Source of the DNA: Eledone cirrhosa
Lineage: Eukaryota
Direction of reading: 5' to 3'
NCBI GenBank assembly: GCA_964016885.1
Contig: OZ024740.1
Coordinates: 293,074,001 to 293,138,000, forward strand
Length of the DNA stretch: 64,000 nt
In this document: one piece after another, positions 27,622 to 41,205 of the stretch
Numbering within the stretch: position 1 is the first letter of the stretch
How the letters are laid out: every line of letters begins with the position of its first letter
Made by a program: the position numbers and the translations under genes
Notes under the pieces: generated by a model
Database searches by the model: none
What the model was told of the DNA's origin: nothing
What the model saw: the letters and a program-made list of their open reading frames with translations, nothing else

Positions 27622-28367
27622 ATTTATTAAAATAACAGATTAAAGTTTAAGCAAAGAATCGCTGCTTTCACCCTTAACGGGATCTTCTGAAACTAACAAA
27701 GTCAATCTGTAAACGCAGAAGTGGATATTTCAAAAAACGTTGCAACCGGAGCAAGACAGGAAGACGATACTTTGGTTCGTGGAAACGTTCCCTGGCAAAG
27801 AACGGGAAAAAACGAATATCGCGTATGCTTGTGTATGTACGTATTTGTATGCGTGTATGTATTTATTTAATTTCTATTACTTATGTATTGCATTTTTTAC
27901 TTTGTTCTTAACTCTGAAGCGGAGATTCATTCGGTCTCCTAGTTAGAATTTTAGTCTACGACTTCTGCTATACCATTTACGTGGTTTTGCGTGCAATTGT
28001 TCTCCACGGTCCACATATGACGTATTATCTTCGTTTTTTTCATTCATTGCCAGAGAACGTCTCTATGAACCACCTAAGAGAACATTAGTCTACGACCTCT
28101 TTTATACCATAAACGTGGTTCTGTCTTTGCGCGTAATTGTTTTTCACCGCTCCTATTAATGACGTATTATATTCGTTTTTTCCCGTTCTTTGCCAGGGAA
28201 CGTTTCCACGAACCAAAGTATCGTCTTCCTGTCTTGCTCCGGTTGCAACGTTTTTTGAAATATCCACTTCTGCGTTTACAGATTGACTTTGTTAGTTTCA
28301 GAAGATCCCGTTAAGGGTGAAAGCAACGATTCTTTGCTTAAACTTTAATCTGTTATTTTAATAAATA
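27622..28367. mobile_element. Fold-back element (~195-bp arms 27622-27818 and 28171-28367) next to (TA)n
   Basis: Near-perfect inverted repeat with a degenerate HHR-like CAGAAGA-tccc gtta aggg-tGAAA in the arms. Confidence 0.7.
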
Positions 28368-29827
28368 TTTGCTCTACGGTTCTTATATATTTGATATATA
28401 TTTATCCTTATCGAGCCCTCTTTGGATTTTAGTCTTCAAATTTATTATTATTACTATATATATATATACACACCATATGTCTTTGCTGATGACTCCTCAG
28501 ACCTCATTAACTTACTTGCGTGTGTTCGCTCTATCAGTTAAGTATTATTATTTTCTTCTCTTACTCCTCATCTACCACTTATCGGTTAATCATTTCCCCA
28601 TTTCTGTTTTACTCTCATTCTTCTATGAAATATGACATCTGACATCAGACCAACCAGTGAACCAACACGTCGGGTATTATATATCATTGTATACATTGTG
28701 CGCACAAGCCTTTGTGTGTATTTCATCAGAACGGTGGTTTACCACGCATCAGTAAAACCCTGAACATATCTATGTGCTACGCAGTTTTGCTCTGTCAAAT
28801 ATTCAATATATTTCCTCAGTGAAACTGCATTACCTGTATTTTCCCAGCATGACTGTAGCATCATATGAAGTTAACAATAATATCATTTGTAATTTGAAAT
28901 AGATATCAACTTAGAATTCTTCCATCGCCGTAAAAATCGTTTTACTATATCATGCTGACAAATACAACATTCCAGCAAACACTGTTTTGTAAGTCTTATC
29001 GAATGAAATATTATACGGATTCTGCTATCTGAAACGTCAGTTCTTCTAACCACAATTAATGTGTGAAATGAGGCACTGCATATATTATTTATTGTATTTT
29101 GTATATCGACACGGTTAATGAATTCATCAAAATCAAACGAACAACTTTTTGCAAAATCTATTCTGTCATTTGATCATAGCTATTTCGAATCAAGATTATT
29201 GGAGAACTTTTGGAAATGACAGGCTGTATATTGCAAATCAATATATTTCCTTGTATGAGTTAACTTTGTTGTCCACCACTAGACTCTAATCTTGAGTTAC
29301 TATTCGTATTTGATAACAAAGGTATTCATTCCACCGCCTTTCAGATTCATACTATATCAGCTTTGATGACACCATCGCTTTAGAATCTTTGGCATCTTCA
29401 ATAGATTCCAGACCTTCCAATTAATAAAATCACTACTGACTTTATATTCTTCACATAACAAGAATATTGCATCACCATGTATCTACAATGCTGCTGGTTT
29501 ATGTCGAAAGAAATATGACTATATTTGAATACATGTGGTGTGTTCGATCTTCAATCTTTATAACATTTAAAAATTGTAAACTTTATCAAACTTTACCCAT
29601 CCCCAAAATGATGCGAACGATTTAACGTTAGCCACAAAATGTAAAAAGTTATGTGTACAGACATGGTCGTGTGGTGTAACGTGTACATTGTAACAACACA
29701 TGTCCAGCTTTAATCATTCCGTGGCACACCTGATACTTCAAAGAGCGTGTGAGAGAAATGTAGTACATGGAAACTGAACGGACAAACGTCGGACACCCAT
29801 CACACCGATTTTTTTCATTAGACACTC

Positions 29828-29924
29828 ACATACATACATACACATAATACATACATACATACATACATACATACATACATACATACATACATACATACAT
29901 ACATACATACATACATACATACAT
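29828..29924. repeat. (ACAT)n microsatellite
   Basis: Direct reading. Confidence 0.95.
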
Positions 29925-30730
29925 GATGGCTGCCCCCTCGTTATCGAGTTCTGTTGTGGAGATCAGCCGCCCACTTGTTGTAAACGTTGTCAGAAAAATA
30001 CAGGAGCAGGAGGACATCTACGGACCATTGATGAGGAGTTTACAAATCCAGTATCCAAGATACACCTTTAGCTTCATACCCATCATTATTGGAGCTACGG
30101 GTTATATACCAACCCGCTTGGACCAATGTATAACTGAACTTGGATTTGAGGACAAAGAACGCAGCTCCCTAATTCATAGTCTACAAATGGCTGCGATAGC
30201 TGGCACCTTCAAAATTTGCAAAACATTCTTGCGATTCAAGGGATGACAATTTCTTTTCTTTTACAACCTTGCCACCAGGCCGGTCAAAAATATACTCGAA
30301 ATTAAGAGAAAGAGATAATATACATATGCCATGCATCGCAAAAAATGTCACTAATCAAGTGATGCCTGTCCTTGAAGTTTTTGTAAGTGTGGAAAGGCTT
30401 TGCACAGAGCCAATCCCACTCTCTGAACATCGAATGCATTTACCCAAAATAGAACTGGTCTACACCATTGGATGCAAACGAAGTCGCTGGTTTTATATCA
30501 GAGTGACCTTTTACTAGAGAGATATCTTAATGAGAACTAGGAATCCCGCGTTGACTCTCCTGAGTTCCTTCGCTATTTGACAGGTTTTGTTTTTTTTATC
30601 CCGTGGGTGTCCAAAACTATCCTCCTCACTAAACAAGCTTGGTGGGATCGCTGGTTTAGTCGCCGACTACCCGACCATTGCACAGATTGTATTGGGTTAT
30701 ATGTTACAAATAGTGCTGAAGAGCAACCTG
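29925..30730 (+). mobile_element. Family X element between (ACAT)n tracts, interrupted by an R4 3' fragment
   Basis: Head GATGGCTGCCCCCTCGTTATCGAG at 29925-29948; similarity to rc(131-363) resumes at ~30322-30515. Confidence 0.6.
29949..30321 (+). mobile_element. 5'-truncated R4-clade element, second family (RLE C-terminus and 3' UTR)
   Basis: VVEISRP..EQEDIYGPLMRSLQIQYPRYTFSFIPIIIGATG..KICKTFL matches 7600-7895; ends at TACAT. Confidence 0.85.
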
Positions 30731-32582
30731 ACATAAACATACATATACATAGGCACACACACGCATACATACGTACATACGTACATACGTACATACATAC
30801 ATACATACAAACATACATATGTACATACATACATACATACATATATACTTACATACATAAGTATGAATGAATATGAGCGTCAGATGAAAAGTCACTTTAT
30901 CGTATTTAGTTCAGTCCGAGTTATGTCCCTTCAACACCAACTCCGACACGCCGTCTATGCCTTACAATTTTAACCGTGTTTTATATAATCGACTAACATT
31001 CTTAAAAGTAAAACCCCCAGAACTTGCCCAAGGAACCACTGAACCACTTCTTTGTGAAGGGAGATATTTAACCATACAACCAGGCATGCAGCAGAATACT
31101 TGATTCCACTTAAATTGTTAACATCATTGCTAGGGTGAGTAATAGTTGATTACTTTTAAAGTATTCAACCGGGCAGGATAAGTCACACATCATTTATTCT
31201 TGAAGTGCTGAATGACTGAAACCAGAAAGGGAATAAAAGATTGAAAGAATGTATTCACAATGATGTTGTATCTACCCTGCAAAAGCCTATAATATGCTTA
31301 ATTCCCGTCCATATTTTGTTCCAACATATTTCCAGTACAGATCAATAAAACAGCTGCTAGACTGTCGATTTAACCAATCCATTCCCGAGATTCCAATAGA
31401 GTCACTCATGGAACTAATGAGTAATCGGAATGAACTACGTATATGCCATTACCTTATCATTTAACACGTTAGATTAAATGTTGGCTAGGTGGCTGGCGTT
31501 TATATTAGGTGCGTTTATAATCGATAAAAGTTATCAAATGAAACTTTATATAATCGATCGACCTGCTAGAAAAAGCAGCCACATTTTCTTCAATTCACAC
31601 CATACTGTTTTAAGGAAGTGATGCATTGGAAAATGTAGTCCTCGATACAGCAGCTCTCATTAAACGAAAGAAAATAACGGGATAAGTACGGCGAAAACAC
31701 CAATCATCAAAGTTGCCTCTGAAAACTCAGGCTCAACATTGCACTAAATAATGGTTTCTGATTTAGGCCCAAGGCCAACGATTCTGGAAGAGAGGAAGTA
31801 GATTAAATTAACCCCAGTGCATTACTGATACTTTATATGATCGACTCTGTGAGCTAACCACAGCGGGAAACATGGGACTAAATGATATGATTGACTGAAG
31901 ATGTTGAATATGTCATATAAACATGAAAGACATTAATCGTGTAATTAACAGCTTCTCCAAAAATGTAATTCAAGTGGAGGGATGTTTTTAATAAAAATTA
32001 TATTTATACAATGTCACCCGGAGGATCAAATGCAGAAGGGTATACATGAAAATATTTATGACAAACAAAACGTCCGTGACATTTAAGAACAACAAAACAT
32101 ATATTGTTGTAGGGGTCAAATGCCGAGTGGATGTGTGCATTTCATATAATTTTAGTGGGAAACAGAAAAATTAACTGCTTCGAAACCGATAACGTACGTC
32201 TATTGTGTAATCGTAAACTTGATTATGTTACTAAACTTTTAAATAAGTGAGAAGTTGAGATTATATTGGCAAACAAAAGAAGTCGTTTTCCATATATTAT
32301 TCAAATTCGATCTGATTAAAACAGAAAAAAATACTTCGAACTTTCACCTACGTATGTAACACTTTACATCTATCAACGTCTAGTGCAGAGATGGGGATTT
32401 ATTTCAAAATGATACCTACGTATGTGACCCTTTACAGCTATCAACGTCAAGCGCACACGATGGAGGTTTGTTTCTTAGAAACTGATCTCTTTTTTAGAGT
32501 TCAAGAAATATAAGAAAGAAATACGCACACACTCATATCACATATATCTATACACCTACACACAGAGCTGAATATATATGCA

Positions 32583-32625
<43 letters not shown>

Positions 32626-32984
32626 AAAGATTCACAACAGCTCTAGCTAGCAGAATATGGGATTTGCAAGACCAATGTATCCAATATAAATTAGATTGGT
32701 CAATTTTGAACCAATCTAAAGAATATGCAAGAGGAACAAGAAAATGCACACTCTGCATAAATGAAAAATATTTGATTTTACAAAACCTTAAATCACCAAA
32801 AACCTGCCTAAATACAAAGACAGAAATCTTTACCAGTTGCCCACACATGAAATCACACTTGCTTTCCAGCTCCAATAAACTTAACACACTTTCAGATACT
32901 TATCCTCCATAAGCTCTTATTCTTCACTTATTTATTCTCTTTAAAGACTACTCCTTTCTGATTTACTTTCATTTTTAACCTTAT

Positions 32985-33175
32985 TATTATTTTTATTTTT
33001 ATTTTTATTTTTATTTTTATTTTTATTTTTATTTTTATTTTTATTTTTATTTTTATTTTTATTTTTATTTTTATTTTTATTTTTATTTTTATTTTTATTT
33101 TTATTTTTATTTTTATTTTTATTTTTATTTTTATTTTTATTTTTATTTTTATTTTTATTTTTATTTTTATTTTTA
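32985..33175. repeat. (ATTTTT)n hexamer array
   Basis: Direct reading. Confidence 0.95.
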
Positions 33176-34015
33176 CTTCACATCCACCAGTAACCCCCCC
33201 CTTTTTATCCTTCGATTCACTTACCTATTATCTTCACTTTCCACTTTTTACTTCTTTATTTTCTTTACTACCTGATTACACTAGTCACTTGCGTTTTCCA
33301 TACCAGATATTTTCTGTTATTTTGCAGCCATTTTATATTTTTATATGTGTATTCAATTATTCATAAGGTTACACCCTGAATCTATGTGTCTGAACGTCTT
33401 TATGTGTGTATACGTCCTGTATATGTACACGAACGCCTCCGTATGCGCGTGTGCGTGCGTGTATATATATGTGTATGTATGTGTGTTTTTATATCTATGT
33501 TTCTTACATTCTTATTTTTATGTGCGTGCGTGTAAGCGGGCAATGTACGTGAATATGTTTGTGTGTGGGTGTGTATATATATATATATTGTATTGTATGT
33601 ATGGATGTGTATGTGTGCGTGTGTATATATATATATATATGTATATACAGTCGCGTACGTACGTGTGATTAGATATACATGGGATGATATGTATGTATAT
33701 GTATACGTGCATCCTATGTAAGTATGTACGCATGCATACGCTTTTGTCTGTACGTATTGCGTGTATATATATATATTTTCTTATAGATATATGTTTTTAT
33801 AGATATATGTGTATGTACGCGTGTACCTTCTTTTCCTCTCTTTTCTTTTCTCTAGTTTTAACTGACTACTTTTTCATTTTTTCTTTCACATATATTATTT
33901 AATTTTTATATTTATATCGAGAATGACACTTTCTTTTAACTATTACACTCCCTTCCCCCTTTATCTTCCGCATATAAGTATCTAATACCTGCGTCTGGAC
34001 TCCTGTCAACTAGAT

Positions 34016-37000
34016 CAGTGGTCGCCAACATGGGTTCCGCGGAACCTTGGGGTTCCGTAAAACAAACTCCGGGTTCCTTAACAAAATAAATATTTACATT
34101 ACCATTAATATTTTGGGTTTTCTGAATAAGGTGCAAAGAAAATGCCAAAGGTGCAATGTATAAATGAACAAGTACTATTGTAATGTACACAGGTTCTCCA
34201 CTCCAATTTTGGAAAATACTACTTTCAGTTTCTCACTTGAATTAGCAGAAAAACACTGTTCTGAGATTCGTGGCAATTGAATACTTTCAATTTCACATCA
34301 ATTCTTGGAAAGACATAGTTTTCTGAATTCCGAGAATTTGACTACTACTGATAATACACTAATTGAACTTAGAAATTGACCAATCACGAACAAGTAAATA
34401 TTGGTCGATGACAGTATAACTTTAAACTGAAAACTTGAGTTCAGCGAGGTCTCTCAGCCAAGAGGCAGGGTCAGTTCGCTGTTCTCACAACGTAAGTTCA
34501 GTAGAATGTTTTCAATAGCGAACACGTTTTAATCTGCTGCCCTCACAAAAGCTTTAAAGTCGTCTAAAGTTTCCTCACTGAGTGAACTCGCTTACTAGTC
34601 GTTTTCAACATGCATCCAGTTCCACAGACAATTCTAAATAAGAACACGTTACATTCTGTTGTACTTTGCACAGAAAATATAACGCCTGTAAAGTTTTGAC
34701 TACTAACAAAGGTAATTTTGTATTCCATGCATACACTATAAACTTTGCCACACAATTATGTATTCATTTGATGAAATATATTTACATTACCAATAATATT
34801 TAATACGACCCTAAAGTAGTATATGCAGGAAGTGCTGGACTCTGAAAAAAATTTCTTCTAGTTGTTCATAAATTTGCACCTTTTTCAGTAACCCCTAATA
34901 TTTTAATATTATTATAAGTCTTTAAATAATATGTTTGCCATCCTAAAATGGAGAAATTTCAATTTTTAAAAATTAAAATTTTTTTTTAACTAGTTAAGTT
35001 TTTCCAAATATCTAAAATTAAAGTTAATTTAAGTACTTTTTGTAATTAAAAAAACTGTTAATTTCTCTTGTTTATTAATGTCATATTAAAAATGTTAACT
35101 GTAGATAAATAACATCGGTATGATGTCTACTGCAAAGAAGCTGAAGTTAGATACCAGCAGTAAGGGTAGACAGTGGTGTGATGATTATGTTAGATATGGA
35201 TTTCAAAATGCTGACACTAAAAAAGATACACCAGATCAGCCCATGTGTTTGCTATGTTCAAAAGTTCTATCAAATAGCTGTTTAAATCCTGCAAAACTTA
35301 AAAGACACATTGATACTAATCACACCAATGATAAAAACAAGTCACTGGAATACTTTACTTCGCTGAAAAACAACATAAAAAATCACAAGCTAATATGTAT
35401 GACTTGTTTTGTAAAACGTCAGATAGAAATAAAGCTTTAACAAGTACATCTTTTGAGATTTCACATTTGATTGGTAAAAACAAGAAACCATTTACATTAG
35501 GAGAACAGTTAATTCTGCCAAGTATAAAAAGTGCTACAGAGAATCTTTTTGAAAGCTGCAGTATTAAGGACAAAGAAAAATTAAGCCAGTTACCATTGTC
35601 AGCAAATACCGTAAAAAGAGGGATAATTGATATTTCTTCTGTTATAGAAAATCAGATACTAACTGCACTAAAGAAAAGCCCATGTTTTGGACTGCAAGTG
35701 GACGAAACTACGGATATTAATAACAAGGCTCAATTAATTTGCTATGTACGGTTTGTAGACCTTGATAAAAAATAATTAGTAGAAGAGTATTTGTTTTGTC
35801 TGGCATTAGACATCACAACTAAAGGTCAAGATATATTCAATAAAATTGAAGAGTATTTTTTAAAAAATGGTGTATCTTGGAGCAAGTTGACTTCAATAAC
35901 AACAGATGGAGCAGCTGCAATGACTGGTCAAAATTCTGGTTTGATTGCAAAAATTAAAGAACAGACCCCAAATTGTATTTCAAATCATTGTATAATTCAT
36001 CGAGAGGTTTTGTGTTAAAAAAAATTCAAAGACAGAGATGCTCAAATATTAAATGACCATTGTCAAAATTATCAATTTGATCCATGCAAGAGCAAAAAAT
36101 TCTAGAATGTTTGAATCTATTTGTGAATCTTCTGGAAGTAATTATAATAGATTGTTATTGAACAATGATGTGCGTTGGCTGTCTTTTGGGGATGCTATGA
36201 AGAGAGTTTTTGAACTGAGAGAAGAAATAATAGTTTTTCTAAAAAAACAGAATGATGAAAGAGCAAGTGTATTAGAAACCAATGAATGGAATGTGCAACT
36301 CGCTTATTTAGTAGACATTTTTGGTGAACTGAACAAACTAAATAAGTGTCTTCAGGGTAACAATGCAGATATTTTTACTTCAATCAATTTTATTACATAT
36401 TTTCAATCAAAATTAAACATCTTTATAAAAAGAATTGAATCGGAAAATTACTTTCAAACCTTGAAATAGAGCTTAAAAACAGAGAAAATTTTGACTCCAG
36501 CAATTTAAAGAAGATTATTCTTTCTCATTTAAATGTGCTTTCCACGGGTTTTTCAGATTATTTTGACTTGATGGAAAAAGATATCGTTAGCGGAAATTTA
36601 TGGATAAAAAACCCGTTGACCGAGATCGAGCAGTTAGTGTCAGGCAATGACGTTGGAAATTGTAAAAATTTACTACCTGTCCAATGCTTACATCAGTTGA
36701 TGGATTTGAATTCAAACGAAGACCTGAAAGTGATATTCGAAAGCAGAAAGAAAGAACTATGGATCGACTTATTCTTGATTGGGGAGTTTAATGAAATCAG
36801 CCAACTTGCATTGAAGTATTTGAGTGTATTCCCATCTAGCTATTTGTGCGAAAAAGGGTTTTCGCAGTTGGTGGAAATCTGCACAAAGAAGAGGAATAAA
36901 CTGTCAGCAATTGACGAGTGTATGAGACTGGCATTAACTAGTGTTGAACCTCGATTTTCTAAACTCACTGATGAGGCGCAGCAGCAGAAAAACCAATGTG

Positions 37001-37143
37001 TTCGATTACATACACACGCATAAAACACTAAAATAAATAAATACTTTATTATTTTTTTTGAAAAGTTTTGTATTGTATAGGTTCCGTGAAGAATTCAAAA
37101 TATTTAGAGGGTTCCTCGGTTTTAGAAAGGTTGGCGACCACTG
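34016..37143 (+). mobile_element. hAT DNA transposon, Buster/Charlie group, both ends intact
   Basis: 14-bp TIR CAGTGGTCGCCAAC / GTTGGCGACCACTG; 8-bp TSD AACTAGAT (34008-34015, 37144-37151) with central TA; subterminal GGTTCC repeats. Confidence 0.95.
35120..37023 (+). pseudogene. Disrupted hAT transposase (ZBED5/Buster-like)
   Basis: BED finger CLLC..LKRHIDTNH; QVDETTD, TTDGAAAMTG, HCIIHRE, VRWLS, LAYLVDIF, PSSYLCEKGFS; split into five ORFs by stops and frameshifts. Confidence 0.92.
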
Positions 37144-37410
37144 AACTAGATTATATCCGTATTTGTGGTTACATATACACAAATATACTTGCCCTCATAT
37201 ATGTATTTAAGCACACATTTTCACCATACACACGCATTTGTACATACATATGTACATTTGTGGGTGTATATACATACATATACACACACCTAACTATATT
37301 TCCTTATATTTTTTTTATATATTTTATATGTCTATTGCATTACCTTTATTTATATATATATTTTTTTTATATTTCTTGAGGAGACTTTCCAAATATTTCA
37401 CTGTTTTATA

Positions 37411-37486
37411 TTGCCTTGTCCGACGAACGAATGAAGACGTTTCTTTCGTATTCGTCTTATTCGGGAAACCGCTGGTAATGAGGTAA
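37411..37486 (+). ncRNA. Type I hammerhead ribozyme (U4C)
   Basis: ttgccttgt-CCGACGA-acgaatgaagacg..cgtcttattcgg-GAAA-cc gct gg-TA-atgaggtaa; 9-bp stem I including G-U pairs. Confidence 0.75.
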
Positions 37487-37554
37487 TTATATTGTATTGT
37501 TTATTATACATTATATATATATATATGTGCGTGTCTGATGGTATCTAAGGTGCT

Positions 37555-37676
<122 letters not shown>

Positions 37677-37695
37677 AGAGAGAGAGAGAGAGAGA

Positions 37696-38006
37696 GAAAT
37701 ACAGATTTACATAGATTAGCAATATAGTAGGATTTATTTCATAAGTTTCATTGAGCTCCAAAAGTTTGTCTTGTAACTACTATTCAAAAAATGCTATCAG
37801 GAAAACTCGAATTCAAATATCATTGAAGATTTCTTTAAGAGTGACGCCTTGTATTAGTTAGGACCTAAATATTCGATTTTCCCGATTTTTCCCGATAGAT
37901 TATTGGGAATAGCGGTTTCTAGACAAACTTGTAAACTGCAATGAAACATAAGTAAATGCTAGAAATAAATCTTACAGTATTGCTAATCTGTGTAAACCTT
38001 TATTTA
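37696..38006. repeat. Old diverged fold-back (arms ~37696-37815 and 37870-38006) with a decayed HHR-like core
   Basis: Arms align as reverse complements with many mismatches; C(C/T)GATAG...caat-GAAA-cataag-TA. Confidence 0.55.
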
Positions 38007-38187
38007 TTACTACTGATCACCCTAAGATCGACCTCCTGAAGTAAACCTCTTATTGAGTAAAAAACCACTATATAATGAAACAGTTCTCGATAAGAGTTAC
38101 TCTAACTCTTGAACTAGAGTTACTGAAAATGATATCTCGTGTATCTATATACCTATCTAGGTTCCAGTATATATATATATATATATA

Positions 38188-38409
38188 TACTGGAACCTAG
38201 GTTCTCATCACGAACAATCGGTTAACGAACAATTTCTCTGCACATAAAATGTCTCAAGTGACGAATGAGGGCTGAAGTTACGAACACGCAAGCCGGCGAC
38301 AACTGTTGGCGAGTAACGGCAAGGTAAGGGTCACTTGAAGTGTAGATATTTACTATGGTGATATCTATCTATCTTTCACATACAGTCTCTCTCTCTCTCT
38401 CTTTCACAT

Positions 38410-38458
<49 letters not shown>

Positions 38459-38561
38459 GTCCCTCCCCCTCTCTCTCTCTCTCTGTCTCTCTCTCTCTCT
38501 GCATTTCGGTTGATGGATGGCCTTCAGGAATGAATCAAGTTCGTGAACCGAAGTTCCATTA
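38188..38561. mobile_element. Tigger/pogo-like MITE
   Basis: Imperfect TIRs TACTGGAACCTAGGTTC..ACGAAC / GTTCGTGAACCGAAGTTCCATTA in a TA context; repeated ACGAAC motifs. Confidence 0.55.
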
Positions 38562-38566
38562 TATAT

Positions 38567-38751
38567 GGTGGATTGGCAGTATCGGTAGAGAGTCGGACGC
38601 CATGCTTTGAAGCATAGTGTTACGTCCCTTTATGATCTGAGTTCAAATCTCGCCGAGGTTAACTTTGCCTTTCATCCTTACGGGGTCGATAAAATAAAGT
38701 ACCAGTAATGTACTGGGTAATTGCTGGCCTTGTGTCAAAAGTAGAAACAAT
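38567..38751 (+). mobile_element. tRNA-derived SINE, full length (family of 9523)
   Basis: A and B boxes and core as at 9523. Confidence 0.85.
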
Positions 38752-38888
38752 TATATATATCTAAAGTCTAAAGTCAGTCTTAAGACAGTCTTAAGGGTCA
38801 TTTAGCTGGTGCTTATCCCGGTTACATGGTGAGAAGCGACTGAGAGTACAAGACTCACCCCTTGACAAGACGCCAGTCCGTCGTAGGG

Positions 38889-38986
<98 letters not shown>

Positions 38987-39082
38987 GGTGGAAGAGATCG
39001 AAAGAGGGAGAAAGAGAGAGAAATGGATAGAAAGATAGATGATATTTATATAGTCTAGATTTATAACAGCATTTGCAGGTTA

Positions 39083-39997
39083 TCTATATATATAAAACTG
39101 TGGTTGTCTGTCTGTCTATCGATTTTTGGCACACATCTCCTCTTAGAATCTCTCACGGAATTGCACCGAAATTGCTATACTTGTACATTGAGCCCTAGCG
39201 AAGACATCGGAAAAAAAAAATTTCAAATTGATCCACCCTATGTGACGAAATCGAATATAATGTATCGATTTTTGAGCGTAAGTTATCAGTTATTTCCCTT
39301 TGTTCTGTTTACATTGAGCGTCTTACGTAAAAAATTACGCTGGCTTTCTCAAGTTGTCGAGCCAGCAAAATATTGACCTGCAAAATTCATCAGTTCGAAC
39401 ACTAAGCTTCCGTTTTGCTTCATTTCCATTTAAAAGCATTTTAAAACAATATTTTTACTTGAAAACAAGTCTATTTAAAGACTACGTAAAACAAGCAAAT
39501 ATTTCGTCGTTAGGCGTGCAGACAGACAGTCGTGCAGACAGACAGTCGTGCAGAGAGGTGATATACGCGTGCAGACAGACAGTCGTGCAGAGAGGTGATA
39601 TAGGCGTGCAGACAGACAGTCGTGCAGAGAGGTGATATAGGCGTGCAGACAGACAGTCGTGCAGAGAGGTGATATAGGCGTGCAGACAGACATAACTGAT
39701 AATTTGGTTACGCTAATGTTTTTCTCTGCGTTGCAGTGTTTACATTTTCGATCTTTGTTAATAAATAACCAGTGCAGTTTCTATCCCCAGCATCCTCTTT
39801 TGTTATAACATTCGGGTTATCGTTATGTTTTCTTAACTTCATAAGGCATATTGTTGGTTGAGGGAATATTAATCAAAAACACCACATGCAAGTCTGCACA
39901 GTAGACACTACAGTTTTTAAGCCAAGAAAGAAACTTAACATTGTAACTTTAACACAGCTACTGAGCGACCCCGAGCAACGCCGGGCTTTACTGCTAG
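39083..39997 (+). mobile_element. Non-autonomous Helitron with an internal minisatellite
   Basis: 5' TCTATATATATAAAA; 3' hairpin CCCGAGCAACGCCGGG then CTAG; inserted between A and T; ~37-bp tandem unit at 39511-39692. Confidence 0.85.
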
Positions 39998-40984
39998 TTT
40001 ACAATAAAGATGTTACGTTGAATATCACTTAAAGTATATTCCAAACAAAAGAACATCTGCAAAATTCTATCTAAAAATGCTGCTTTGTGTTCTGTATCAA
40101 ACATAAGCTTACATATTAAATTCACCCCTCTCTCCTTGTGTTTCTCTGTTATGTTATCTGCGACAAAGTTCCTGGTACCAAAATTGTGAAGACGTCATTA
40201 CGTTTTTATTTCTACATTATTCATGTTCATTGAGGTTCACCGTAAGTGTAAGCACGATATCAGTAGTATCAGAGAAGAGTATATTCAATTAAAATCGATC
40301 ACAGCTCCAAATTTCTATTTTATTTCATCGACCACAAAATGACGAAAAGCAAGGTTGACCTCGGAAATATTTGAACTCAGATCGCTAAGACCCAGAATAT
40401 CCAACGTTCTAACGACTTCACCAAATCAACAGCCTTAAAACAGTGCTCAATCGGGAAGAGAGCAGAAATATTATATTATTTATTTATGTTCATACACGGG
40501 ACAAGTGTGCTACCCAAGCTTTCAAGATCCAAATTGAACCATACCTCCAGAAAAAAGAGACATTAAAATAGTGACCTTTCTTCAGGCGCTAATTCGAGTT
40601 TATATGATACCGTTAAAAGTAAATATCGCTAAGAACTAATGTTTTCGAAAGGTACCGTCAAAAAGCAAATGGAAATAACTCCAAGATGTAAATATGAGAT
40701 CAACCACATGTTTGTGTTCGTATACTATAGCAGAAACATTGTATTATGTAGTGAAATCTAATATAGAGATAGTAATATTTATTAATGTATCGAGTATATA
40801 GTATAAAAGACTCAACTGCTTCCAAAGTAAAAATATTCAATAAATTCGACTGATTTTCAACTGATTTATACAATTCCGTTATAACTTTTCTTTCTTGTTA
40901 TCTTTCCACACTCACATAATACAATACTCTTCCTATACTACTATATTCGATATATTAATAAATTTTACCGTCTCTAGATTCCTA

Positions 40985-41205
40985 GGCTGGGATGTGTGTT
41001 ATGTGCTTGAGCACAACTCTTGATTTCAGGCTGCTCCAGTATACTCAGTTGAAAATGAGTACCAGCAATAGCTGGGGTTTAACCCTGCGATTGACTGGTG
41101 GCCTGCACAGGAGACAGTCTTGTACTCTCAGACGCTTCAAGCCACAAAATCGGGAATAAGCGCCGGCCTGATGAGCCTCCTGACTTCAGACAGACTTTAG
41201 ATTTC
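40985..41205 (+). mobile_element. SINE body and tail (third family); other copies at 38760-38890 (-) and 46235-46440 (-)
   Basis: TGCTCCAGTATACTCAG..AAATGAGTACCAG..AACCCTGCGAT.GACTGG..CTCTCAG.CGCTTC..AGACTTTAGA shared among copies. Confidence 0.65.

Noticed and set aside
32346-32474. 68-bp diverged tandem duplication
   Set aside because: Real, but only two copies with no structure or family link
41167-41180. CTGATGA as an HHR (also 28487, 43318, 46016)
   Set aside because: No stem II plus GAAA, or no pairing stems; 41167 is part of a SINE tail
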